From an uncultured bacterium (GTDB lineage Bacteria > Hydrothermota > UBA3072), in assembly GCA_964525555.1 (NCBI GenBank), contig CAZGHN010000006.1, positions 74,805 through 138,804 on the forward strand: a stretch of DNA of 64,000 bases, written 5' to 3'. The notes beneath the pieces were generated by a model that had not been told where the DNA came from, ran no database searches, and worked only from the letters and a program-made list of their open reading frames with translations. The translations under genes and the position numbers were made by a program. Numbering within the stretch: the stretch's first letter is position 1; each line of letters opens with the position of its first letter. Positions 1 to 8,990 of this stretch are shown one piece after another.

Positions 1-389
1 AACAATGGATAAAAGTAGATGTTGGCTCAACTAAAATATCTCCAAAAGGTAAATATGTTATGGTTTTAGACCGTTACCTGATTGATTTCACTGACGTTAA
101 ATCGGGGAAATCTCTCTGGCGAAAGAAAACAGGGGGCGAAGGCGGAATGGTTGAAGTCTTTTACGGCCTTGACGATGAATACATTGTTATAGAGGGACAG
201 TCAAACGAATACCTGACCTTCTTTTTGAATGAATATCGTGATTACAATATTTTTGTACTTAAATCGTCTTCGGGAGAAGTTGTAGGGAAATTTAAAGGAT
301 ATCAGCTTTCCTTCTCTAGTGAGTATAATATTTTATTTTTTAAAAATGGAGATACTCTTTTCTTTTACCAGCTTACTTTAGAGAAGTGA
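1..389 (+). CDS. hypothetical protein, C-terminal part (5' end outside window)
   Basis: Frame of ORF 60..389 stays open back to nt 3; no recognisable motif. Confidence 0.35.
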   Translation, partial: QWIKVDVGSTKISPKGKYVMVLDRYLIDFTDVKSGKSLWRKKTGGEGGMVEVFYGLDDEYIVIEGQSNEYLTFFLNEYRDYNIFVLKSSSGEVVGKFKGYQLSFSSEYNILFFKNGDTLFFYQLTLEK

Positions 390-460
390 CTGATGTCTTG
401 GTTAACCACAGATAGCCCAAACAATTTTGTTTTTTTAATTCAACATTCAAAATTCATAAT

Positions 461-532
461 TCAAAATTCTTAATCAATGCTTCGCATTGCTCCCTTGACT
501 TATGAGAATGATTTTTTAAATTTTATACTATG
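461..532. repeat. 72-bp interspersed element, copy 1 (palindrome CAATGC-TTC-GCATTG plus TTGACT and TATACT boxes)
   Basis: Exact 72-nt identity with 2046..2117; both copies preceded by TTCAAAAT oligo-repeats. Confidence 0.8.
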
Positions 533-1232
533 AGTATAAGAACAGTAATAGGAAAGTATAAACAGGAATCGGGCAAATTGTAAAAAGCATCGATGTTATA
601 ATAATTATCCATAATGTTACTCTCTGTAAAGTAGTTAAATTCTTTGCTCTATCACGTTTTATCAGTAGACCTACATCAAATATAAATAAAAGAGGTAAAA
701 CAAAAGGTGTGAATATAATAACAACCGAAAGTGGTAATATTTGAAGAGCATGACCAAAACCCATGAAAGTAAAGCTAAAGAAAAAGTAAAGCCATACCCA
801 TAAAACAATTTTAATTACTTTATCTCTTAAAAAAAGCTCCTCTTTTACATCCGAAAAAGAAAGCGACATTCCTGCAGGTTTCATTATCAGTGTTAGTAAA
901 CCAACTATAAGCCCTATCAATCCCCAGCCAATAGCGTTAACCAGCATTACCAGAGGATGAAAAAATCCTGTTTCAACATTATATTCGACCACTCCATTAA
1001 TTACATTGGAAACAGGATATATTTTTAACAGTAAACTTGGCCAATTGGCTATATAAAAAAGATTAGCGCCCACATTAACATAATCTTCTCCAACAGACAG
1101 AAATACACTTGTTGAGAGATCCCAAAATTTCAGTATCCAGAGCAACCCTATGAAAAATAACACTACAGTAATTATAAGTTTTGCTTTTTTAGATATTTTT
1201 TTCTTCATATATTTATTTTTACTAGTTCTCAT
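528..1232 (-). CDS. multi-pass integral membrane protein, function unknown
   Basis: 234-aa ORF with several long hydrophobic segments; lies between the two 72-bp repeat copies. Confidence 0.5.
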   Translation of the reverse strand: MRTSKNKYMKKKISKKAKLIITVVLFFIGLLWILKFWDLSTSVFLSVGEDYVNVGANLFYIANWPSLLLKIYPVSNVINGVVEYNVETGFFHPLVMLVNAIGWGLIGLIVGLLTLIMKPAGMSLSFSDVKEELFLRDKVIKIVLWVWLYFFFSFTFMGFGHALQILPLSVVIIFTPFVLPLLFIFDVGLLIKRDRAKNLTTLQRVTLWIIIITSMLFTICPIPVYTFLLLFLYS

Positions 1233-1346
1233 TTAAAAGTACTAAATTTCTATAAATTATCAACTCAACAACTAACACGAATGGTTTTTTTTGTTTTTGA
1301 CTTACGACTCGCTAAACCCGTAAAACTACGATCCACGATTCCGAAC

Positions 1347-1916
1347 TCAAAATCTATACGAAAGCGATAGTCCATAGCTTTCATGTTCTATATCGATTTC
1401 TGGCGATAGATAAAAACCTCTGTAATCACGAGCTGAACGATTGTATTTTTCGACCGAGTTCGGGCAGGTCCATATGTCAAACACAATAGACCCAAAGGTG
1501 GCCGCACCTGAAATTATTGTACCCCAAAGATACAAATCCTCATTTTCGAAATTTGCATCGTGTACATCACTAACAACGCTCAGGAGTCCGAAACTGCTCC
1601 AGAGAAAGGTGCCGGTACTGATTGCCCTAAAACCAGCAGACATGAGCCCTCTTTTTGTGTTTCCGGCATAGAAATGACCCACACTTGGTCCGACAACAAT
1701 CCCGGAGACGGATACCAAAAAACTTCCTCTGAATAAAAAATCGTTGTAATCCCCATTATCTAAACAGATACAAAACGCTATGCCGGAAAGAAATGTCGCC
1801 CCGATTGAGTAGGCAGTTGCAGTGGTTGAACTCTTTAACTCCAGTGATTTCCTCTCGTTGCCGTAAGTTACGCAGAAAGTAAATAACAATAACACTATTG
1901 AAATTTTATATTTCAT
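1347..1916 (-). CDS. small secreted outer-membrane beta-barrel-like protein
   Basis: Start placed at internal ATG 1916 preceded by AGGAGGG (1922-1928); signal-peptide-like N-terminus MKYKISIVLLLFTFCV; Gly/aromatic-rich; C-terminal ...LSYRF (terminal Phe typical of OMPs). Confidence 0.5.
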   Translation of the reverse strand: MKYKISIVLLLFTFCVTYGNERKSLELKSSTTATAYSIGATFLSGIAFCICLDNGDYNDFLFRGSFLVSVSGIVVGPSVGHFYAGNTKRGLMSAGFRAISTGTFLWSSFGLLSVVSDVHDANFENEDLYLWGTIISGAATFGSIVFDIWTCPNSVEKYNRSARDYRGFYLSPEIDIEHESYGLSLSYRF

Positions 1917-1954
1917 AATAACCCTCCTAATATCAAAGTACTTTGTTATATAAA

Positions 1955-1984
1955 GTAATATAATAATTTTTTTGGATTTGTCAA
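1955..1984 (-). promoter_or_regulatory. sigma70-like promoter (TTGACA-N16-TATATT) preceded by C-tract, for 1347..1916
   Basis: Minus strand reads CCCCACCCCCC-TTGACA-aatccaaaaaaattat-TATATT. Confidence 0.45.
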
Positions 1985-2045
1985 GGGGGGTGGGGGTGAC
2001 TGTTGGCTGGGTTTTTGTTTTCATTCAAAATTCAAAACTCAAAAT

Positions 2046-2117
2046 TCAAAATTCTTAATCAATGCTTCGCATTGCTCCCTTGACTTATGAGAATGATTTT
2101 TTAAATTTTATACTATG
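2046..2117. repeat. 72-bp interspersed element, copy 2; probable promoter/operator region of the 2207-6301 operon
   Basis: Identical to 461..532; lies about 90 nt upstream of 2207 on the same strand. Confidence 0.8.
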
Positions 2118-2206
2118 GGTATATGTTCTTATTTAGCTGTTCGACGATTTGACTGCTCTTTTATGTTTAAGAGCTATAAGTCTATTCAAAGGAGGTTTAT
2201 TGAAAA

Positions 2207-2872
2207 ATGATTGCAAAATTTAATCTATATGATTTCGTAGCAGCGGTAATACCTGGAATTCTATTTATCTGGGTATTTTCTTTGTTCTCGAGTTCCATAG
2301 ATATTCCTATTACTGGTGGACTTGCTGAAACCTCAATTCTTGTGGCTTTGGGATATGTGATTGGGATGATGCTACAAGGAATTAGCCAATTATTCACAGA
2401 AAAGATTTTATTGATACTTTGGGGTGGTTTTCCGTCTGCACGTTGGCTTCTCGAAGAGGATAATAAATTCAGCAGAGAATATAAAAACAAATTAAAAAAA
2501 TTAGTTGAAGATAAATATTCTGTTAAAATTGACGACAAACTGTCCAAAGAAGAACGTCTGAAGAAAAACCAAGAAGTTTTCTATCTTTGTTACAATGCCG
2601 TTGAAAAAGAGCGAATTAGCGACAGGCCTTATATATTCAATGCGCATTATGGTCTATTCAGATGCCTTCTAACCACATTTATTCTACTTTTTTTTGTTGA
2701 GCTGTACGCTCTTTTAATAGATAAACAGCAAAATAAAGCCGTTATCTATAGTGTTCTAATTCTTAGTATCATTGGTATAATAGTAAGTTATTTTCGTGCG
2801 AAACAGAGAGGCGAGGATTTTGCTAAATCTATCTATGATCTTTTTTTGGTGCGATTTTCAGAACGAGAGTAG
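2207..2872 (+). CDS. membrane protein (two N-terminal and two C-terminal TM helices), first gene of the MBL/E2-E1-JAB operon; possible effector
   Basis: Hydrophobic helices FVAAVIPGILFIWVFSLF, ILVALGYVIGMMLQGI, LLTTFILLFFVELYALLI, VIYSVLILSIIGIIVSYF; RBS AAAGGAGG before ATG; stop 16 nt before next gene. Confidence 0.55.
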   Translation: MIAKFNLYDFVAAVIPGILFIWVFSLFSSSIDIPITGGLAETSILVALGYVIGMMLQGISQLFTEKILLILWGGFPSARWLLEEDNKFSREYKNKLKKLVEDKYSVKIDDKLSKEERLKKNQEVFYLCYNAVEKERISDRPYIFNAHYGLFRCLLTTFILLFFVELYALLIDKQQNKAVIYSVLILSIIGIIVSYFRAKQRGEDFAKSIYDLFLVRFSERE

Positions 2873-2888
2873 CTAGGGAGGGTAATAG

Positions 2889-3956
2889 ATGTCAAACGTA
2901 GCAAAAGACATAATCATTCCAACTGAGCCTAATATCTTCCGAACAATATTCCTCTATGTCGGACAAGGAGACTCTACATTGCTAGTAGTCCCTGCGGGAG
3001 ACGGGTATAAGTATGTATTAATAGATTCAAATTATGACGAAGCCGCTGGTGGTATAGATATTATCAAACTCCTTGAGAACCTTTTCGAAGAAGAAGACGA
3101 AGGTTTAGATGTTTATATAAACACCCATCCCCATAAAGATCATCTCGGAAAGGTTAGGGAAATATATGAAAAGATAGGTATTGGCCAATTATGGCATTCA
3201 GGGCACAAGCCAGGCGGCGAGCATAATGAATCTTATAAAGACCTCGAATTTGTAATCAAAAAACTTGGGGAAGAAAATGTATTTCGCCTTCGAGGTAGCA
3301 GGGAAGAAAACAAATTAGATGAAGAAAAAATTATACTAGGCGACATAAATTACAACATTTTGGGCCCTGCCGATTATGTATCCGATGAAATAGAAGACGA
3401 AAAACCCAAAGAAAGATATACTAGGATTCATGAGCAATGCGCGGTAATTCGATTTAAATACGGAGAAGAAGAGAAACAGATACTCATTACTGGAGATGCA
3501 GATTACAAAGCATGGAAAGAACATATTACTGATTACCACGCGGATAGACTTCCTTCGACAGTGTTAAATGCTGCTCACCATGGTTCAAGGTCTTTTTTCT
3601 GGAAAGATGATAATATGGAGGAAGACCCTTACAAAAAACACTTAGAGAAAATCAAACCGACTTATATTACAGTTAGTGCCCCAAAAGAAAAGGAAAGTAG
3701 GCACGGCCACCCTCATAAAGAAGCCTTGAAGTTATACAAGGAAGAAGTAGGAACTGATGATAAGGTTTTTCATTTAGGCAAGAAAAGAGAATGCATAATT
3801 GTTGATATATACGCCGATGGTGATATAGACCTCTATCCTAATGATGAGTTGGTTAAGAGATATGGAAAAAAGAACGGAGACAATGGGGGTGACGACAAAA
3901 GAACAGGGATTCCGCCAACAGTCACAAAAATCGACAAGAAACCAATGGGTACTTGA
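2889..3956 (+). CDS. metallo-beta-lactamase-fold hydrolase (ComEC/Rec2-like MBL subfamily)
   Basis: GQGDS near N-terminus and HxHxDH motif THPHKDH (nt 3122-3142); later His/Asp ligands (HSGH, TGDADY, AAHHGS); strong RBS GGGAGGG; stop overlaps next start (TGATG). Confidence 0.75.
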   Translation: MSNVAKDIIIPTEPNIFRTIFLYVGQGDSTLLVVPAGDGYKYVLIDSNYDEAAGGIDIIKLLENLFEEEDEGLDVYINTHPHKDHLGKVREIYEKIGIGQLWHSGHKPGGEHNESYKDLEFVIKKLGEENVFRLRGSREENKLDEEKIILGDINYNILGPADYVSDEIEDEKPKERYTRIHEQCAVIRFKYGEEEKQILITGDADYKAWKEHITDYHADRLPSTVLNAAHHGSRSFFWKDDNMEEDPYKKHLEKIKPTYITVSAPKEKESRHGHPHKEALKLYKEEVGTDDKVFHLGKKRECIIVDIYADGDIDLYPNDELVKRYGKKNGDNGGDDKRTGIPPTVTKIDKKPMGT

Positions 3957-6301
3957 TGGAATGGTTCGCTCGTCACACTGGCTGGTTATATAGAGAAACA
4001 AGGGAACTTTCAAAAAATTCAATCTACAGTGAACAGCACCAATTTATAGACAAAACACTCATATCTAGCGGTAATATCTTAGTCCATAAGATAAAAACAG
4101 AATACTTTCCGATTTTAATCGTATATCCTGAAGCTACACCTTATGTCCCTCCTACGATATACCTTTTAGAAAATGAGATAAGTGAGGAAACAGCGAAAGA
4201 ATATTCGGAGCTTTCTCCTGAAGAGATAAGAAAAAGCGTAAAGGATAACATTGCATTTTTCTATAGGCGACATCAGAATGAAGATGGAAGCGTATGCTTT
4301 GTTGAAAGGGGTGACTTACATGATGAAAACCCAGAGAAATATCCTATTGAAAACATAATTAAAAGGTTGAGGGTATGGCTGTCTGGAAAGAAGATACCAA
4401 AGGACAGTCGTGAAGTTGAACTGTTTTATCATTTTCCAAACAGAACTTACGAAATTCAGTATCTCCTGCCGGATTTGTTCTTTGATAGGGAAATAGTAAA
4501 AGGAAAATTCTTTGCAGGACTGTCCAGCCTTATTACAGCAAAATACTTTACAGATGGTACCGAGAAAAGGACATTCATGGGAGTAATGATAGTCGGGGAA
4601 ACACAAGGAGGTGTGTCTCTTCCTCCCAAGTATTATGTAAAAAAACAGCTAATTCTATTTACTCACATTCCGGATATAGAGCATTTGATAACAAATAATG
4701 AGGAAAAAGCAAAGAAAATAGAAAATGGGGAATTAATAGAAGGACACTGGTGGAATATTACTAAAGAGCCTCTACCCTTTTCAAAATTAAATGAGCTTGC
4801 AAAATATATCGGTAACAATGATGAGGTAAAAGGATTTGATATGATGGTAGAAAGCTTAGAATCTGAATTGAAAGCATTTGAAGACTTCATTCACGTAGGA
4901 ATCAGATTTCCCGGAAGGTATAGAGAAAGAGATTGGCAAATGTTTAGACTCAACAAAGGAAGCCGTCCACCAATTATTGTATCCCAAAGGGAAGAATTGA
5001 AACAGCGGGTGCTCGATTACTCTATCGAAGCAGTGTATCAGGAGTATCTTACTGATGATTATTTCCACATGCGAAATAAGGGAAGAGCCGATAGAAGTAT
5101 CTTGAAGAATAAAACTATATCAATTATCGGTTGTGGTGCGCTTGGCTCTGAAACTACTGATGCACTGAGTAAAGCCGGAATAGGAAGATTTATTCTAGTA
5201 GATAGAGAAGTGATGAGGGCTCACAATACTGTTAGGCATAGTCTGGGTATAAATAAAGTAAGCATACCTAAGGCATGTGGTATGGCGGAACATTTGATTC
5301 TTCACAATCCTTTTATAAATATTGAATGGGAACATGAAGACATTCTGCTTGCCAAGATCGAAGATTATTTGCCCGAGGGTGCTATTGGGGTTTCAACCAT
5401 AGCTGATGACAATATAGAAGCTTACCTTAATGAAATAGCCATGAGTCAGGGAAGAACAATCTTCTATTGTAGGGCTTTGCGTGGTGGGAAAGCCGCGCGC
5501 ATATTCAGGGTCGTTCCGCAGATAGATGCATGCAAGACTTGTTTGGGGCTTTATCTCAGAGATAAAAATCCCTTTTTTATTAATATCCCAGAAGATGAGA
5601 GTCTTCCGGTTATAACAAATGAGTGCAACAACCCAGTAAGGCCTGCGAGTGCGGCCGATATGAAAATGATCTCTGGAGTTTTTGCGAGAATCATCATTGA
5701 TTTCCTACAGGGTAAGAGAACAGATAACAACCATTGGATTTGGACATCCGAATCTCTGGAAGGATTGAATATGGAAAATTCAACATATGGGTTTATAAAT
5801 GCAGAAAGCATAGCACCACACCCTCATTGTCTTGTTTGCCAGAAATTGGAAGACGCGAAAGTATATATTTTAAAAGATGTATTGGACTTCATGAAACGGG
5901 AAGCAACAAAATCTGGTAAAATCGAAACAGGGGGAGTTTTAATTGGACACATGTTGGCTAAAGGTGAGTATAAAATTTTAAAAGCAAGTAAGCCTGGCCC
6001 AAATGCTATAAGAACCGAGAATCGCTTTGAGAAAGATGAAAAATATTGTCAAAAAGTGCTTTTGGATGCTTTTGAAGAGCTCGATGATCAAGGCCTTTAT
6101 TTAGGAGAATGGCATTATCATCCTTTGGGTAGCAACGAACCAAGCGGAATAGATATCAATAGCCTAACAGAGATAGCAATTCAAGACAACTACCGGATAG
6201 ACAAACCAATAATGATAATATTATCACCGAAGTTGGAATATGCAATTACAATTCATAATAGGTTTGGCCGATGTGTTAAAATACCCTTGAAGATTGTATG
6301 A
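3956..6301 (+). CDS. E2(UBC-like)-E1(ThiF/MoeB-like)-JAB/MPN(JAMM) triple-domain ubiquitin-like conjugation enzyme
   Basis: N-terminal UBC-like signature YPEATPYVPP...RRHQNEDGSVCF (HPN-like motif plus Cys, nt 4271-4297); central Rossmann ISIIGCGALGSETTDALSKAGIGRFILVDREV (nt ~5123-5200); C-terminal JAMM motif E...HYHPLGSNEPSGID matching HxHx7Sx2D (nt 6113-6160). ATG 3956 used; ORF track begins at TTG 3953. Confidence 0.8.
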   Translation: MEWFARHTGWLYRETRELSKNSIYSEQHQFIDKTLISSGNILVHKIKTEYFPILIVYPEATPYVPPTIYLLENEISEETAKEYSELSPEEIRKSVKDNIAFFYRRHQNEDGSVCFVERGDLHDENPEKYPIENIIKRLRVWLSGKKIPKDSREVELFYHFPNRTYEIQYLLPDLFFDREIVKGKFFAGLSSLITAKYFTDGTEKRTFMGVMIVGETQGGVSLPPKYYVKKQLILFTHIPDIEHLITNNEEKAKKIENGELIEGHWWNITKEPLPFSKLNELAKYIGNNDEVKGFDMMVESLESELKAFEDFIHVGIRFPGRYRERDWQMFRLNKGSRPPIIVSQREELKQRVLDYSIEAVYQEYLTDDYFHMRNKGRADRSILKNKTISIIGCGALGSETTDALSKAGIGRFILVDREVMRAHNTVRHSLGINKVSIPKACGMAEHLILHNPFINIEWEHEDILLAKIEDYLPEGAIGVSTIADDNIEAYLNEIAMSQGRTIFYCRALRGGKAARIFRVVPQIDACKTCLGLYLRDKNPFFINIPEDESLPVITNECNNPVRPASAADMKMISGVFARIIIDFLQGKRTDNNHWIWTSESLEGLNMENSTYGFINAESIAPHPHCLVCQKLEDAKVYILKDVLDFMKREATKSGKIETGGVLIGHMLAKGEYKILKASKPGPNAIRTENRFEKDEKYCQKVLLDAFEELDDQGLYLGEWHYHPLGSNEPSGIDINSLTEIAIQDNYRIDKPIMIILSPKLEYAITIHNRFGRCVKIPLKIV

Positions 6302-6492
6302 TAAATAGATTTGCAAGAACCATTTTTAGAAATTAACAGACTTAGACATTGAAATGATTTCATAGATTCTTCGAATCAGTTGAATTGTCAAATCGTTGAA
6401 TAGTTGGATAGTAAGAAAAAACTTCGTGTCTTAGTGTCTTCGTGGCTAATTAGGGGTTGTGGGTTGCTGTCAGCCGTGAGCGGTCAATCGTC

Positions 6493-6520
6493 TTGACAAA
6501 TCGATTTATCTTTTTAATAT
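6493..6520 (+). promoter_or_regulatory. sigma70-like promoter TTGACA-N16-TAATAT for thi4
   Basis: TTGACA 6493-6498, TAATAT 6515-6520, RBS AAGGAGGG 6566-6573, ATG 6577. Confidence 0.5.
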
Positions 6521-6576
6521 CAATAAATTAAATATTTGATGAGTATATTCTTAAGTTTTAAGTCAAAGGAGGGTTA

Positions 6577-7368
6577 ATGAAGCTTGATGATGTAGAGATA
6601 TCGAAAGCGATAATTGATAACTACTACAAAAAATTGCTGGATTCCTTAGAGCTGGATGTGGCTCTTGTCGGGGCGGGTCCTTCAAATCTTATAGCTGGAA
6701 TACTTTTAGGAGAAAAGAAAATTAAAACTGCTGTTTTTGAATCAAAGCTCGCTCCGGGTGGAGGTGTTTGGGGTGGGGGAATGATGTTTAATGAGGTGGT
6801 TGTTCAGGATTCGGCTTTGCATATTTTGGATAAAGTCGGTGTGGATTATAAAGAAAAAAAGAAAGGATACTATACCGCGGACAGCGTTGAATTGGCTTCG
6901 ACTTTAATTTCAAAATGCGTTAAATCGGGAGTAAAAATATTTAACCTTATTAAAGTTGTGGATGTCATGTTCAGAGAGGAAGATGGCGAGAAAAAGGTTA
7001 ATGGACTTGTGCTTCAATGGTCTCCGATTGAGCATATTGGATTACACGTAGACCCCTTAACGGTAAGAGCTAAATTTGTTGTAGACGGAACCGGACATCC
7101 CGCAGAAGTTTGTTCTGTTCTTTCAAAGAAAATAGATGCGAGGCTCAGTACTAGAACGGGTAAAGTGATTGGTGAAATGTCTATGTGGGCTGATAGGGGG
7201 GAGGAATTGACTGTTAGTAATACTTCGGAGGTTTTTCCCGGTCTTTTTGTAACCGGTATGGCTGCAAATGCTGTAAAGGGCGCTCCGCGCATGGGTCCCA
7301 TTTTTGGAGGCATGTTGCTTTCGGGTGAGAAAGTCGCAAAGATTATCTCACAGAGGACACAACAGTAA
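6577..7368 (+). CDS. thi4: thiazole synthase, Thi4 family
   Basis: Dinucleotide-binding motif VALVGAGPSNLIAG; Thi4-like length and layout; next to thiE. Confidence 0.75.
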   Translation: MKLDDVEISKAIIDNYYKKLLDSLELDVALVGAGPSNLIAGILLGEKKIKTAVFESKLAPGGGVWGGGMMFNEVVVQDSALHILDKVGVDYKEKKKGYYTADSVELASTLISKCVKSGVKIFNLIKVVDVMFREEDGEKKVNGLVLQWSPIEHIGLHVDPLTVRAKFVVDGTGHPAEVCSVLSKKIDARLSTRTGKVIGEMSMWADRGEELTVSNTSEVFPGLFVTGMAANAVKGAPRMGPIFGGMLLSGEKVAKIISQRTQQ

Positions 7369-7449
7369 TTATGAATGTTGAATGTTAAATGTTGAATTCA
7401 AAACTCAAAATTCAAAATCCTAAATCCCAATTTGAAGGTTTAAAGCAGA

Positions 7450-8046
7450 ATGGATTTTAATTTCGGGGCATATGTTATAACGAGTAAAGATCACGTAAAA
7501 ATAGCCCGGGAGGCGTGCGAAGGCGGGGCACGCGTTGTTCAATATAGAGATAAAACTTCCATAAAGCAAGAAGTGTTGAATATTGCCGATAAAATCAGAG
7601 AGATAACGAGTAATTTTAATTCATTATTTATTGTTAATGATTTTATCGATATAGCTTTAATGTCGGGAGCGGATGGGGTTCATCTGGGACAGGATGATAT
7701 GCCGCTGCCGAGGGCAAGAAAAATCGTTCCTGATAATTTTATTATCGGTGTTTCCACCAATTCGTTGGAACAGGCGCTTAAGGCAGAAGAAGCCGGAGCC
7801 GATTATATCGGAATTGGTCCTGTTTTTGCTACGCCTACTAAAAAAAATTATAAGCCCATCGGGCTTTCTGCAGTTAAGGGAGTACTTGCCAGTGTAAGAA
7901 TTCCTGTTGTTGCTATTGGAGGTTTAAATCTTGATAATATCGGTGAGTTAACTGGAATAGGTGTTAGAAACGTTGCAATGGTAAGAGCCTTTCAAGAAAA
8001 TACAAGGGAAAAAGTCGAAAAAGTTAATTTTTTGCTGAAAGTATAG
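7450..8046 (+). CDS. thiE: thiamine-phosphate synthase
   Basis: ThiE-like TIM-barrel motifs GADGVHLGQDD and IGPVFATPTK. Confidence 0.8.
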   Translation: MDFNFGAYVITSKDHVKIAREACEGGARVVQYRDKTSIKQEVLNIADKIREITSNFNSLFIVNDFIDIALMSGADGVHLGQDDMPLPRARKIVPDNFIIGVSTNSLEQALKAEEAGADYIGIGPVFATPTKKNYKPIGLSAVKGVLASVRIPVVAIGGLNLDNIGELTGIGVRNVAMVRAFQENTREKVEKVNFLLKV

Positions 8047-8056
8047 AAAACATCCC

Positions 8057-8084
8057 TTGACATTAGAGAAATACTGTATAGATT
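8057..8084 (+). promoter_or_regulatory. candidate promoter cccTTGACA-N16-TAGATT for the por operon
   Basis: TTGACA 8057-8062; RBS AAAGGGAG before ATG 8107. Confidence 0.4.
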
Positions 8085-8106
8085 TGACTAAAAAGGGAGT
8101 TAAGTA

Positions 8107-8697
8107 ATGGCTAAGGATTTAATCGAGATTAGATGGCACGGCAGAGGAGGCCAGGGAGCTAAGACTGCTGCTTTGCTTTTCGGGGAAGCCGCCATCGATA
8201 CAGGTATGTATATTCAGGCATTTCCCGAATACGGCCCGGAGAGAACCGGCGCACCGGTCAACGCTTTCAATCGTTTGAGCGGAAAACCTATAAGATTGCA
8301 CAGCGGTGTTGACAGTCCACAGATTGTTCTGGTTCTCGACCCGAGTTTACTTGATACTGTGGATGTACTTAAAGGTCTGGGAGAAGGCGGCATTCTTATA
8401 GTTAATACTTCTGATTCGCCTGGAGAAATAAGAAAAAAATTGTCTGTTGATTCCAAAATAAAGGTTTATACTGTTGATGCTTCAAAAATAGCAATGGATA
8501 AAATAGGACTAAATAAACCCAATACTCCGATGCTCGGAGCATTATCTAAAGTTACGGATATTTTGGATTACAAGAAAATGCTTAAGAGTATCGAACATAA
8601 ATTGAAGATCAAATTCAGAGGTAAACCGGAAGAAATAGTGACAAAAAATATGGAAGCTATAAAAGCTGCTCATGAAGAAACGAAGGGAGAAGGCTGA
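8107..8697 (+). CDS. porG: pyruvate/2-oxoacid:ferredoxin oxidoreductase, gamma subunit
   Basis: N-terminal RWHGRGGQGAKTAA typical of POR gamma; gamma-delta-alpha-beta gene order. Confidence 0.8.
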   Translation: MAKDLIEIRWHGRGGQGAKTAALLFGEAAIDTGMYIQAFPEYGPERTGAPVNAFNRLSGKPIRLHSGVDSPQIVLVLDPSLLDTVDVLKGLGEGGILIVNTSDSPGEIRKKLSVDSKIKVYTVDASKIAMDKIGLNKPNTPMLGALSKVTDILDYKKMLKSIEHKLKIKFRGKPEEIVTKNMEAIKAAHEETKGEG

Positions 8698-8990
8698 TGG
8701 CAAAGAAGAAGGAAGGATGGAAAGAACTTCCTATTGGTGCGATTATAGTCGAACCCGGTTCAAGTGAAAAATTCAAGACCGGAGACTGGAGAGAAGGAAA
8801 GAAACCGTCTGTAGATAAGAATAAATGTACGAATTGTATGATATGTTGGATTTCCTGCCCTGATTCCGCGATTATTGTTAAAGACGGAGAAATGAAAGGT
8901 TTTAATCTGGATTATTGTAAAGGTTGCGCGATTTGTGCTTCACAATGTCCTGTTAAAGCCATAGAGATGGTCGACGAGGAGGAAGAATGA
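8697..8990 (+). CDS. porD: pyruvate/2-oxoacid:ferredoxin oxidoreductase, delta subunit (2x[4Fe-4S] ferredoxin)
   Basis: Two Cys clusters CTNCMICWISCP and CKGCAICASQCP. Confidence 0.8.
   Translation: MAKKKEGWKELPIGAIIVEPGSSEKFKTGDWREGKKPSVDKNKCTNCMICWISCPDSAIIVKDGEMKGFNLDYCKGCAICASQCPVKAIEMVDEEEE

Noticed and set aside
3336-3539. Short antisense or out-of-frame ORFs embedded in long genes (e.g. 3336..3539, 4316..4606, 14168..14368, 33911..34453, 23225..23875, 56116..56349)
   Set aside because: Fully contained within well-supported longer CDSs on the other strand or frame, with low-complexity or hydrophobic-poor translations and no RBS
6302-6576. Possible TPP riboswitch upstream of thi4
   Set aside because: No CUGAGA / ACCUGAUCUGGAUAAUGCCAGCG-type conserved elements; region instead shows a canonical promoter and RBS
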